Assembly: GCA_018920245.1 (NCBI GenBank)
Contig: JAHLMS010000002.1
Location: 1 to 58,307, forward strand
Direction of reading: 5' to 3'
DNA: 58,307 nt
DNA from: Candidatus Aenigmatarchaeota archaeon
GTDB taxonomy: Archaea; Aenigmatarchaeota; Aenigmatarchaeia; Aenigmatarchaeales; JAHLMS01
Positions 1 through 9,201 of this stretch are shown here, one piece after another. A program made the position numbers and the translations under genes. Position 1 is the stretch's first letter. Every line of letters starts with the position of its first letter. The notes under the pieces were generated by a model. That model was not told the DNA's origin. It made no database searches and saw only the letters and a program-made list of their open reading frames with translations.

Positions 1-712
1 TGTTTAAGCTTGCATTGTTATTTGATATTGTGTTATAGTTGGAGCTGGAGGAGAGGAAGATTCCATAATAGCTATTTGAATTTGCTGTGTTGTTGGTGAG
101 GGTATTGTTGGAGCTGGAGGAGAGGTAGATGCCGTAGTTGGTGTTGTTATTGACTGTGTTGTTGGAGAGGGTGTTGTTGGAGCTGGTGGAGAGATAGATG
201 CCGTAGTCGTTGTTGTTGGCTGTGACGTTTGTTATGTTGTTGAAATTCGAGTTTGAAAGGTGAAGACCTGAAGCACCTCCACCTCCCGGTGGTGGATTCA
301 GGAACAGCCCGCTGTTGGATATCGTACTATAATTTGTACCATCCAGATAAATGCCTGTGGCATACATGGAGATGTTGGGGCAATCCCTTATGGTTATACT
401 TGTTCTTCCCTGTGCATATACGCCCTTGCCAGAACCGCTGCCTGTGATGTTGTATAAAGAGCAAGTGAAGACTACATTGTTGGCCTGAATGTCTATGCAC
501 ACATCCCTGCCGGCTTGCAAGCCTGAAATAGATTGAGTCAAATAATAATATCCTGCACTTGTGATGTTTTGACAGCTGGAGATTCCTTCTGGGGGCGCTG
601 AAGGTTGAAAAGGTGCCAGTGCAGTTGGTTTGAATGCTAAAAGCGCTATTGTAAGAAATACAACAACCAATGGCATGATTGTGATGAAGCTGCCTTGGCC
701 CCTTCTATTCAT
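1..712 (-). CDS. Secreted right-handed beta-helix (NosD/CASH-like) repeat protein with class III-like signal peptide; 3' end runs off the window
   Basis: Manual translation from ATG at 712: MNRRGQGSFITIMPLVVVFLTIALLAF...ISSCQNITSAGYYYLTQSI...CIDIQANNVVFTC..., then YGIYLSSSSNNTLTNNTANSN-type repeats. Open to the window edge; not in the ORF track because it has no stop. Confidence 0.85.
   Translation of the reverse strand, partial: MNRRGQGSFITIMPLVVVFLTIALLAFKPTALAPFQPSAPPEGISSCQNITSAGYYYLTQSISGLQAGRDVCIDIQANNVVFTCSLYNITGSGSGKGVYAQGRTSITIRDCPNISMYATGIYLDGTNYSTISNSGLFLNPPPGGGGASGLHLSNSNFNNITNVTANNNDYGIYLSTSSNNTLSNNTVNNNTNYGIYLSSSSNNTLTNNTANSNSYYGIFLSSSSNYNTISNNNASLN
38..244 (-). repeat. About three 69-bp (23-aa) intragenic tandem repeats encoding beta-helix rungs
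   Basis: GTTGGAGCTGG(A/T)GGAGAG recurs at 38, 107 and 176 (period 69). Confidence 0.85.
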
Positions 713-776
713 GAATTATGATACTCTTTTAGTGTATTTATATTCCTTATGTTGTTGTTTCCATCGGAAGGATAAG

Positions 777-784
777 TTTAAATA
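777..784 (+). promoter_or_regulatory. Putative TATA box of the thermosome gene
   Basis: TTTAAATA preceded by a purine-rich BRE-like stretch, ~57 bp upstream of the ATG; GGGGGTTGA SD-like motif before the start. Confidence 0.5.
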
Positions 785-840
785 TTTCAGTATACTCACA
801 TACAGACAAAATTTGCATGCTGATTTAGGGGGTTGATAAC

Positions 841-2493
841 ATGGTGAATCCTATACAAGCTGGCACTTCAATGGCCGGCCAGCCGATACTTGTATTGCCT
901 GAGGGCACATTGCGTGCAATGGGAAGGGACGCCCAGCACGCCAACATTGCGGCTGCGAAGGCAGTGGCGGATGCTGTACGCACCACGCTCGGACCAAAAG
1001 GTATGGACAAAATGCTCGTGGATAGCATGGGCGATATCGTGATAACGAACGATGGTGTAACTATTCTTGATGAAATGCAGATAGAGCACCCGGCAGGCAA
1101 GATGCTCGTCGAGGTTGCAAAGACGCAAGACGAAGAAGTTGGCGACGGCACGACAACAGCTGCCGTTCTCGCTGGTGAGCTGCTCAAGAAGGCCGAGAGT
1201 CTGCTCGACCAGAACGTGCATCCAACCATTATTACAAGAGGGTTCAAGCTCGCAAAGGAGAGAGCGCTGTCGACCTTGGACAAGATATCGGAAAGGGTTA
1301 AGCCTGAGGATACTGCGGTGCTGATGAAAATCGCTACAACAGCAATGACAGGCAAGTCTGCTGAGATGGCGAACGAACATCTTGCGAAAATAGCCGTGGA
1401 TGCTGTGCGCTCCATAATCGACCGGAGCGATTCAAAACTCGAGATAGACACCGAGAACATCAAGATCGAGAAGAAGCAGGGCGGAAGCACGGATGACACT
1501 GAGCTCATCCGTGGTATAATCATTGACAAGGAAATCGTTCATCCAGGCATGCCGAAAAAAATAACGAACGCGAAGATTGCATTGGTTGACTGCGCGTTGG
1601 AAATAGAGAAGACTGAAACAGAAGCACAGATACAAATAACTGCACCAGAACAGCTGCAAAGGTTCATGGACCAGGAGGACAAAATACTGAAGGATATGGT
1701 TGAGAAGATAGCAGCCTCTGGATGCAATGTGCTCTTGTGCCAGAAAGGCATCGATGATGTCGCGCAGCACTACCTCGCGAAGAAAGGCATAATGGCTGCC
1801 AGGCGCGTAAAGAAGTCTGACATGGAAAAACTGGCTAGGGCGACAGGCGGTCGCGTGGTCACAAGTCTGGCAGACCTTAGTAAGGACGACCTCGGATTCG
1901 CAGGCATTGTTGAGGAAAAGAAGATTGCCGGCGAGCAGATGCTGTTCATACGGGACTGTAAGGACCCGAAAGCCGTTTCTATCCTGATAAGGGGTGGGAC
2001 AGAACACGTGGTCGAGGAAGTTGAGCGCGCAATAGAGGACGCAATAGGCGGCGTTGCCTCGGCGCTGGAAGTCGGCAAAATAGTCGCAGGCGGCGGTGCA
2101 CCAGAAGAGGCTGTTGCCAAAGCCGTGCGCGAGTTCGCTCAGGGCTACAGCGGCAGGGAACAGCTCGCCATCCTGGCTTTCGCAGATGCTATGGAAATAA
2201 TCCCGCGCACGCTTGCCGAGAACGCTGGACTCGATCCAATTGACATTCTTGTGGAGCTGCGAGCTGCGCACGATGCTGGTAAGACGACCTCAGGTGTGGA
2301 TGTGTTCACAGGCAAAATAGTGGACATGCGTGCAGCAGGAATCATCGAGCCGCTGAAGATAAAGACGCAGGCGATAAAGTCTGCAGCAGAGGCTGCAGAA
2401 ATGATACTGCGCATAGATGATATTATCACAGCCAGCAAGCTCGAGAAGGGACCATCAACACCTCCAGGCAGCACGGGTGGCGAAGAGTACTAA
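841..2493 (+). CDS. thsA: Thermosome (group II chaperonin) subunit
   Basis: [27 protein letters not shown] and GGGAPE motifs; 550 aa. Confidence 0.97.
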   Translation: MVNPIQAGTSMAGQPILVLPEGTLRAMGRDAQHANIAAAKAVADAVRTTLGPKGMDKMLVDSMGDIVITNDGVTILDEMQIEHPAGKMLVEVAKTQDEEVGDGTTTAAVLAGELLKKAESLLDQNVHPTIITRGFKLAKERALSTLDKISERVKPEDTAVLMKIATTAMTGKSAEMANEHLAKIAVDAVRSIIDRSDSKLEIDTENIKIEKKQGGSTDDTELIRGIIIDKEIVHPGMPKKITNAKIALVDCALEIEKTETEAQIQITAPEQLQRFMDQEDKILKDMVEKIAASGCNVLLCQKGIDDVAQHYLAKKGIMAARRVKKSDMEKLARATGGRVVTSLADLSKDDLGFAGIVEEKKIAGEQMLFIRDCKDPKAVSILIRGGTEHVVEEVERAIEDAIGGVASALEVGKIVAGGGAPEEAVAKAVREFAQGYSGREQLAILAFADAMEIIPRTLAENAGLDPIDILVELRAAHDAGKTTSGVDVFTGKIVDMRAAGIIEPLKIKTQAIKSAAEAAEMILRIDDIITASKLEKGPSTPPGSTGGEEY

Positions 2494-2576
2494 GGTATTT
2501 TTCATATATTTTTCATTTTTGCTATTTCCTGTTAGCTTTAAATATAAGTAAATATAACTATTAATTAGTGGTAAAT

Positions 2577-2843
2577 ATGAAAAATCCTCATTTTAGAGTC
2601 GTCCGTGAGATAGGCAGTAGCGGCCTTGTCGAGGCTGTAAACATCGCCGGAGACAGGTGGCTCGCTTGGGACAGGCCAACTGATTCAACAGGCACACCGA
2701 CCTATGTCTGTATCAACCGCGGGCTATCAATGAAGAGGGCCCAGCTACCGGACATTGTGGCCAAACTTTTCAGCGAGAAGTCGGCCAAGGAGCTGAGCCG
2801 TGAACTTGGTATATTGGTGACGGACAAGAAGTATGCCGCATAA
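2577..2843 (+). CDS. Small hypothetical protein
   Basis: ORF with its own upstream TTTAAATA (~2537) between AT-rich spacers; no recognisable motif. Confidence 0.6.
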   Translation: MKNPHFRVVREIGSSGLVEAVNIAGDRWLAWDRPTDSTGTPTYVCINRGLSMKRAQLPDIVAKLFSEKSAKELSRELGILVTDKKYAA

Positions 2844-2891
2844 TCGAATAACCTTTATATATCGGTTTCTGCAATTCCTATCCAGATTTGC

Positions 2892-3407
2892 ATGCCTGAG
2901 GAAGAGGTCGAACTCGCCCAGAAGGGCGAAAGTTACGAGATAATACCCGTAACACCCATTCGCAAGCTTGAGAAGCGCATGGAAGCTCTTGAGAGCGCTG
3001 GCACCATACCACAGATACAGAGCCTTATCAACCAAATCATGGACCTCATCAGGGGCAACCAGCGTATTGTTGAGGAAATTGTACGTGCAAATGCTGATTT
3101 AAGGAATGAAATTTCAAAACTGCCGCCCAAGATAGATGACCTCACAACAACAATGAAGGAATTCATAAGCATGGTGAAAGCGGCAGGCGAGGAGGAGATT
3201 TCTGCGCCGAGCGCGGAGGTCATGAGACCCCTGCAGGAGGCGCTCACAAAGCTCACAGAACAAAATCAGAAGCTCATAGAGGGCAATCAGGCCATACTGG
3301 AATCACTGGAAGCCCTCGGAAAGAAGATGCGCGGCGGCACGCCCGTCTCAGCGCTCATGTCAAGCTACCCCGGTCTCAAACTAAGGCGGGAAGAAACAAC
3401 TGCATAG
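2892..3407 (+). CDS. Coiled-coil hypothetical protein heading the pilin operon
   Basis: Heptad-rich helical 171 aa; upstream TTTATATA box. Confidence 0.75.
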   Translation: MPEEEVELAQKGESYEIIPVTPIRKLEKRMEALESAGTIPQIQSLINQIMDLIRGNQRIVEEIVRANADLRNEISKLPPKIDDLTTTMKEFISMVKAAGEEEISAPSAEVMRPLQEALTKLTEQNQKLIEGNQAILESLEALGKKMRGGTPVSALMSSYPGLKLRREETTA

Positions 3408-3419
3408 GAGGAAAAGGAA

Positions 3420-3641
3420 ATGAAATTTAAACCAATAGTTAGAACAGGCGCCGTATTGGTCGGTGTGCTGTTGACGCTGATAACCTTGATGGCAATAGGC
3501 GTCTTCGCACTCGTTCCAGCAGCAAGCAACTTCACCAATGTGCTGATACTGACCATGGTGCTGATGCAGTTGCTGACAGTGGTTGTGCTGATACACATCC
3601 ACGATGTCCTCATAGGGGACTTCAAGAAAGGGAGGCGTTAG
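3420..3641 (+). CDS. Small two-TM membrane protein
   Basis: Two hydrophobic segments; GGAGG SD upstream; coupled to its neighbours. Confidence 0.7.
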   Translation: MKFKPIVRTGAVLVGVLLTLITLMAIGVFALVPAASNFTNVLILTMVLMQLLTVVVLIHIHDVLIGDFKKGRR

Positions 3642-3642
3642 G

Positions 3643-4077
3643 ATGAGAGGAGTATCAGCCGTGATTGCGGTAATCCTTATACTGATGATTACCGTTGCAC
3701 TGGCAGCGACCAGCTACGTATGGTTCAGTTCAGTGTTCAGCACCGTAACAGCAGGCGGCACCAACGCTACGACGACAGCGATCTCAGGAATCCAAACAGC
3801 ATTCGCCGTAGAGGCTGCGATATATGCTGGAAACAGCTTGACAACAGTCTCCATAAGAAACACCGGTTCCGTGAACATAGACAAGTCGACTGCTGCAGCA
3901 TATATCAATGAGATACCGGCAACCATAACACCAACCCCAAGCGGGACCCTCGCTCCTGGTGCCGTGTTCCAGATATCTGTCCAGAACACGTCAGCTATGG
4001 GAAACATCTGCGGAAAGCCGATCAAAGTATCGTTCGCTGCGGGAACGCCACAGGTGCACGCTATAGGCGGTTGCTGA
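3643..4077 (+). CDS. Archaeal type IV pilin (probable major pilin)
   Basis: Class III signal peptide MRG|VSAVIAVILILMITVALAA, then a beta-rich domain with SIRNTG and LAPG motifs. Confidence 0.9.
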   Translation: MRGVSAVIAVILILMITVALAATSYVWFSSVFSTVTAGGTNATTTAISGIQTAFAVEAAIYAGNSLTTVSIRNTGSVNIDKSTAAAYINEIPATITPTPSGTLAPGAVFQISVQNTSAMGNICGKPIKVSFAAGTPQVHAIGGC

Positions 4078-4117
4078 AGGCTTTTGTTTTTTATAAAGGC
4101 CTGTGCTAGATTTAGCT

Positions 4118-4654
4118 ATGGAAAAGTCCGCTCTACGGGGCCAGGCCCAAATAATTGTTTTTGTGCTACTCTTGCTGATATCACTGATACTCGTTTTCAC
4201 TGCAGTCAGCTGGGGTGGTGGCATCAGTCAGCAGAACATAGATGTCAGTAGAGTGATAGCGGCTGAGAACTGGATGAAGGAACTCGACAGATCGATACAA
4301 TCAGTTGTAAAATCCGGAGGCAGTGCGCGTCTGAATTATCCGTTCAACACGCCGATAGGCCTAGCGGACGTGGATATCAATGACTATATCGAGATGAGTA
4401 TGCCTGTAAGCATAGACCTTCCAGACTATTGGATAAACATCAGCATTTCCGGCGAGCCCGGGCTGATAAGGGAACGCAAGGATGCTGGAGAACTCAAGTT
4501 ACGGCTAAGCTATCCTTTGCGACCTGGGTTCGCGATTGACCTTTTCACGGACGGCCCACAGATAGCGACACCAAAGGCTGTGCTGATTGAACACAACTCG
4601 ACGTTTCAGAACTCCACCATAACAATAGTCAAAATAAAACTGAGCTTCATATAG
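4118..4654 (+). CDS. Pilin-like protein (class III signal peptide)
   Basis: LRG|QAQIIVFVLLLLISLIL N-terminus; in the pilus locus. Confidence 0.75.
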   Translation: MEKSALRGQAQIIVFVLLLLISLILVFTAVSWGGGISQQNIDVSRVIAAENWMKELDRSIQSVVKSGGSARLNYPFNTPIGLADVDINDYIEMSMPVSIDLPDYWINISISGEPGLIRERKDAGELKLRLSYPLRPGFAIDLFTDGPQIATPKAVLIEHNSTFQNSTITIVKIKLSFI

Positions 4655-4685
4655 GTTTTTTATATCAGCTTGGCAATCTGCTCTT

Positions 4686-5105
4686 ATGCGAGGGGAATAC
4701 CTTACTATAGAATATGTGCTGTTTTTTGCGTTCGGGGTCACAATAACTGTTGCCGTGTTCATGACCTTTTCAAGCATCAGTGACACCATTCATGATGCAA
4801 GCCTGGTAGAACAGCTAAAACGTACTGGTGAAGCTATACGGGGCGCAGCGGTGAACGTCGCTGAAACAGCAAAGGCCACAGGAAGCAACATCACTTACAA
4901 TGTCAGCATCCCACAACGTCTGTCCGCCTGCACGTACGCCATCTTTACTTCAGGCAGAGATCTCAACCTCAACTGTACAGATAATTATAAGCTTGGAGCT
5001 GTGCTAGATTTATACGGCCTGCCTATACAGAGCAAGGGCGTTGTGTACAGCAGCAGGGGGTACATTGAGATAAAAGCGAACTCGACAAACGTCATATTGA
5101 GTTGA
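4686..5105 (+). CDS. Minor pilin-like protein
   Basis: MRG|EYLTIEYVLFFAFG class III-like signal followed by a helix and beta domain. Confidence 0.75.
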   Translation: MRGEYLTIEYVLFFAFGVTITVAVFMTFSSISDTIHDASLVEQLKRTGEAIRGAAVNVAETAKATGSNITYNVSIPQRLSACTYAIFTSGRDLNLNCTDNYKLGAVLDLYGLPIQSKGVVYSSRGYIEIKANSTNVILS

Positions 5106-5109
5106 TATC

Positions 5110-6882
5110 ATGGTTGTGAAGATGGTCCTACAGAAGAAAAAGAAAGGAAAGTTCAGGCTCGGCCGCGTGATTAGGAAGGCTGTTGCTGGATATCGTGTCC
5201 TCAAAACAGTGGAAGAACGCAAGCGCAGGGCACGAATGCCACCGATAACGATAGAACGCGTGGAGGCCGAGGCAGCAGAGGTGGAAGCCAAGGGAGCTGC
5301 AATTGAAGCGGCTGCAGCACCTGCAGGCGTCCCTGTCACGGGGGCTCCTATATATACTCTTCCTCGGAAGCCACCCGAGGTCGACCTCACCACTATAAAC
5401 ATAACATATCCTCTTATTCCGGCCATACCACCGCCTGGCACACGGCCGTTCGCGGAGGCAAACATACGATGGTCCGCACCGGACGCAGCGCTCATATACT
5501 ATCTCATAGAGCCCGAGCTAAGCGCTCAGGAAAAAGCTCTGTTGGAAGAAATCAAAACTGCCTTGGTGGAAAAGCTTGACATAGATTTTACTATGCTGCG
5601 CAAGGTCGAGGCCAAGGAATATTTGCACAAGCGATTCGATGAGATGTTGAAGCTTATGGCAGCTGACTTGCCAGAAGAGCGCAGGGCTGTAATGCTTTAT
5701 TATATCGAACGGGACTTCATCGGCCTGGGCAAGATAGAACCTCTCATGCAGGACCCCGATATCGAGGACATATCTGTGGATGGTGTTGGCATACCTGCGT
5801 ATGTCTATCACAGGAACCCTCTGATAGGAAGCATACGCACAAATGTGATATTTGATAGCCCGGATGAACTGGACACGTTCGTCCACAAGCTCGCGCAACG
5901 CTGCGGCAAATCTATATCGGTCGCAATGCCGCTGCTCGGCGCAGCATTGCCTGACGGGAGCCGTGTACAGGCAACGCTCGCAACTGACATCGCGAGACGT
6001 GGAAGCAATTTCACAATTCGAAAATTCACCGAAATGCCACTAACGCCGACGCATATGCTGCGGTTCAAGACCTTGGACAGCAAAATGGCGGCGTATCTCT
6101 GGCTGGCGATCGAATACGGCCGATCAGTACTGATAAGCGGCGGTGTGGCGACAGGTAAGACATCCCTGCTGAACGCGTTGTCGCTTTTCATTAAGCCTGA
6201 GCTGAAGATTGTCAGCATAGAGGATACACCTGAACTCAAGCTGCCACAACCGAACTGGATAGCTCAAGTCGCGAGGCAACCGATAGCAGAGGTTGAGGGA
6301 AGGAAGGTTGGTGAGGTTGACCTGTTTGACCTGTTGCGCGAGAGTCTAAGGCAAAGACCGGATTACTTGATAGTCGGCGAGGTCAGGGGCAAGGAAGCCT
6401 TCGTACTGTTCCAACAGATTGCCACAGGGCATGCCTCGATGTCGACGATACACGCTGACACCATGGAAAGGTTGATAGACAGGCTGACAACGGCACCCAT
6501 CTCGTTGCCAGGGGCCCTGCTTGAGGCACTGGATATAATAGTTTTCGTCGTTCGCATAAAGTACGGGCCAGCCTACGTGCGCAGAGTCTCAAACATTTAT
6601 GAAATAATAGGTTTCGACCGCACGAAGAACATGCCGCTGACCAATGAGGTGTTTAGATGGAACCCAAAAACCGACAAGTACGAGGCTGTAAATCCATCAA
6701 TCGTGCTCAAGAAAATTGCTAGCCAGTACGGAATACATGAAGCGATATTGCAGCGCGAAATCTCCCAGCGCATGAAGGTATTGGAGTGGATGTCTGATGT
6801 AAACATGACCGACTACCGTGATATCGCGCGCGTGATAAAACTCTATTATACAAGACCGGAGGACGTCCTGGCTGCCATATAG
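5110..6882 (+). CDS. Type IV pilus / type II-IV secretion assembly ATPase (VirB11/ArlI/PilB family)
   Basis: DPDIEDISVDG, LPDGSRV, FTIRKF, Walker A GGVATGKTS, LRQRPDYLIVGEVRG, TGH..STIHA. Confidence 0.95.
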   Translation: MVVKMVLQKKKKGKFRLGRVIRKAVAGYRVLKTVEERKRRARMPPITIERVEAEAAEVEAKGAAIEAAAAPAGVPVTGAPIYTLPRKPPEVDLTTINITYPLIPAIPPPGTRPFAEANIRWSAPDAALIYYLIEPELSAQEKALLEEIKTALVEKLDIDFTMLRKVEAKEYLHKRFDEMLKLMAADLPEERRAVMLYYIERDFIGLGKIEPLMQDPDIEDISVDGVGIPAYVYHRNPLIGSIRTNVIFDSPDELDTFVHKLAQRCGKSISVAMPLLGAALPDGSRVQATLATDIARRGSNFTIRKFTEMPLTPTHMLRFKTLDSKMAAYLWLAIEYGRSVLISGGVATGKTSLLNALSLFIKPELKIVSIEDTPELKLPQPNWIAQVARQPIAEVEGRKVGEVDLFDLLRESLRQRPDYLIVGEVRGKEAFVLFQQIATGHASMSTIHADTMERLIDRLTTAPISLPGALLEALDIIVFVVRIKYGPAYVRRVSNIYEIIGFDRTKNMPLTNEVFRWNPKTDKYEAVNPSIVLKKIASQYGIHEAILQREISQRMKVLEWMSDVNMTDYRDIARVIKLYYTRPEDVLAAI

Positions 6883-6892
6883 GTGAGCTGGT

Positions 6893-7777
6893 GTGGTTAG
6901 CGGCCTGTGGAAAACATTTAGCGACCTAGCATTCAGGTTCTTCGGTAGACACCTTGAACCGCAGGTAAAGCATTTTGACAGCCTCAAGCCAGATATTCTT
7001 AAGTCAAATCTCGAACTGAGCCTTACGGAATATGTCTATGTCATGGTACTGGGCTGCCTGTTAACATTCGTCATAGCGTTCCCTGTGATAGTCGTTCTTG
7101 CCGCGCTGTTCCTCCACAACGCCATTCTTGCATTCCTCTTCTCATTCACAACATCCATATTCATAACACTAACTGTATTTTTCATTTTTTACACGTGGCC
7201 GGCCTTCATTGCCAACAGAAGGCGGAAACGCATCGAGGCTGCCCTGCCATTCGCAGCCACATACATGGCAACCATAGCAGCCAGTGGCGCGCCACCACAG
7301 ACGATGTTTCGCGTCCTTGCTGAATTTAAGGAATACGGTGAGATAAGCAAGGAAGTTGGAAAGATATCGCGTGATGTGACTGCCTTCGGCATGGACCTCA
7401 TCAGCGCCATAAGGAAGACAGCGGGACGCACGCCATCGCCCGAATTCAAGGAACTGCTGTGGGGCCTTGACACAGTGATAACTACAGGTGGAAACATATC
7501 GAACTACTTGCACGAGAAGGCACGCCTATACATGGAGGAAAACAGACGCAGGTTGCAGGCCTTCAGCCAGACGTTATCTGTCCTTATTGAGATATACCTC
7601 ACACTTATCCTCGTGGGCTCAATATTCTTCGTGATAATGACCGCGCTTATGTCAATATTCGGAGGCGGGGCAAACCTTTTCATCTCATTCATACAGTTCC
7701 TTATAGTCTTCGTGATACTGCCAGTAGTGAGCGTAGCATTCATAATTCTGCTCAAACTACTGGCGCCGAGTGATTGA
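6893..7777 (+). CDS. Type II secretion system F-family (TadC/ArlJ-like) membrane platform protein
   Basis: IEAALPFA..YMATIAASG, YGEISKE, RTPSPEFKELL; multiple TM helices. Confidence 0.9.
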   Translation: MVSGLWKTFSDLAFRFFGRHLEPQVKHFDSLKPDILKSNLELSLTEYVYVMVLGCLLTFVIAFPVIVVLAALFLHNAILAFLFSFTTSIFITLTVFFIFYTWPAFIANRRRKRIEAALPFAATYMATIAASGAPPQTMFRVLAEFKEYGEISKEVGKISRDVTAFGMDLISAIRKTAGRTPSPEFKELLWGLDTVITTGGNISNYLHEKARLYMEENRRRLQAFSQTLSVLIEIYLTLILVGSIFFVIMTALMSIFGGGANLFISFIQFLIVFVILPVVSVAFIILLKLLAPSD

Positions 7778-7778
7778 T

Positions 7779-8756
7779 ATGCCGAAAATGAAAATCCTAC
7801 CAAAGCCGAATAAAGTTGTGAAAGGATTCAAACTGAACATTCAAACGATATCTGTGATAGTGGCCATAGCCATAGCAGTAGTTGGTATAACATTCTTCTG
7901 GAACAATGTCGGCATACTCGGAAACCTGCTCTTGCTTGCGGCAGCCATTGGTTTCGTTCCATGGATTGTGCTGACCTACATGGAGATGCAACGGGTGCGT
8001 GTTATAGAGGACCAAATGCCAGCATTCATGCTCGATCTCGCCGAGACACAGAAGGCCGGGCTAACGCTGCCCGATGCGCTAAGAGTTGCAGCAAAGACAG
8101 ATTATGGAAGACTCACACCAGAGATAAAGCGCATCAATGACCAGGTGAGCTGGGGTGTGCCGCTACCCGATGCGCTAGAAGCGTTCGGCGAGCGCATGAA
8201 GAGGTCCACCATCATAGGCAGGATAGTGCGCATAATAAATGAGTCATATATGAGTGGCGGCGACATCGCGCGCACCATGGAGGCCACAGCAGCCGATATA
8301 ATTGCTGTCAAGGAGGCAGAGAAGGAGCGACAATCTATCATGGCCGAACATGTCGCGGTTATGTATGCAATATATTTCATATTCATAGGCATCATCGTCG
8401 GACTTTCAAAGACATTGTTACCAATGTTGCAACTCAACGTGCAGACTGCCGCAATCGGCGGGATACTGGCGTTCCAAGACCCCTGCATTGTATGCACTAT
8501 GCCGAACCCGCCGATAACATGCATATCCTGCGTGACATTTGGTGTGATATGTTCGATGTTCGGCCTCGGAGCAGGAACAACATGCTACTACCGTGCGCTG
8601 TTCATGCTCATGGCGGTCATCCAAGGGATATTCTCGGGTCTTGTGGCTGGCCAGATAGGTGAAGGAAAGGTAATAGCAGGCCTCAAACATAGCTTGATAA
8701 TGACTGGTGTGGGCTTCGGTACCATAATGGTGTTGTTGCGCCTTGGCCTAATGTAG
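7779..8756 (+). CDS. Second T2SS F-family (TadB/TadC-like) platform protein
   Basis: IEDQMPAFMLDLAE..AGLTL, DYGRLTPEI, SWGVPL, QGIFSGLVAGQIGEG..AGLKHS. Confidence 0.9.
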   Translation: MPKMKILPKPNKVVKGFKLNIQTISVIVAIAIAVVGITFFWNNVGILGNLLLLAAAIGFVPWIVLTYMEMQRVRVIEDQMPAFMLDLAETQKAGLTLPDALRVAAKTDYGRLTPEIKRINDQVSWGVPLPDALEAFGERMKRSTIIGRIVRIINESYMSGGDIARTMEATAADIIAVKEAEKERQSIMAEHVAVMYAIYFIFIGIIVGLSKTLLPMLQLNVQTAAIGGILAFQDPCIVCTMPNPPITCISCVTFGVICSMFGLGAGTTCYYRALFMLMAVIQGIFSGLVAGQIGEGKVIAGLKHSLIMTGVGFGTIMVLLRLGLM

Positions 8757-8771
8757 GTGCCGTGATGTGAG

Positions 8772-9200
8772 ATGCGCGGACAGGTAAAGATAGAGTTCGT
8801 ATTGGCAGTTGTTGCATTTGCTGCCATAGCCTTAATAATAGCAACACAGATAAATGCTGCATTCACTACAGTGGCTGAGTCGTCGAGAACTGACATGTTG
8901 AGAGCAAGGGCGATAGGTCTCGCGAACCTGCTCACTACTGATACTACATGGCTCTCGACCGGCCAACCGAACAATATCTCAATGGCGAACCTTATAATGA
9001 TAAATTCGACGCGCGATGCCTTCGGACAGTGCAGCCTACTGGCACCTTTGCGCCTCGGTGGCTATAGACTCACAATAGCGAACTCCACACATACGCTCAT
9101 GCGTTGCGGTTCAGACACCGCTGGTGCAGGTGCTGTGAGTGTCATGCGGGTCGTCTGGATAGAACACGACTATGGCACGTTGACAGTGGAGATGTGGTAG
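8772..9200 (+). CDS. Minor pilin-like protein (class III signal)
   Basis: MRG|QVKIEFVLAVVAF, matching the G|QxxxEF pattern. Confidence 0.8.
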   Translation: MRGQVKIEFVLAVVAFAAIALIIATQINAAFTTVAESSRTDMLRARAIGLANLLTTDTTWLSTGQPNNISMANLIMINSTRDAFGQCSLLAPLRLGGYRLTIANSTHTLMRCGSDTAGAGAVSVMRVVWIEHDYGTLTVEMW

Positions 9201-9201
9201 C

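Noticed and set aside
1..260. Diversity-generating retroelement
   Set aside because: No reverse transcriptase and no TR/VR pair with adenine-only mismatches in the window; kept only as a checkable note.
825..2474. Long antisense and alternate-frame ORFs (e.g. 825-1529, 1432-2271; also 12070-13224, 32523-33404)
   Set aside because: Shadow ORFs of well-conserved genes with no recognisable motifs.
3643..8756. Archaellum (motility) operon
   Set aside because: No ArlH, ArlF/G, ArlC/D/E or chemotaxis genes; two separate platform genes fit a pilus.
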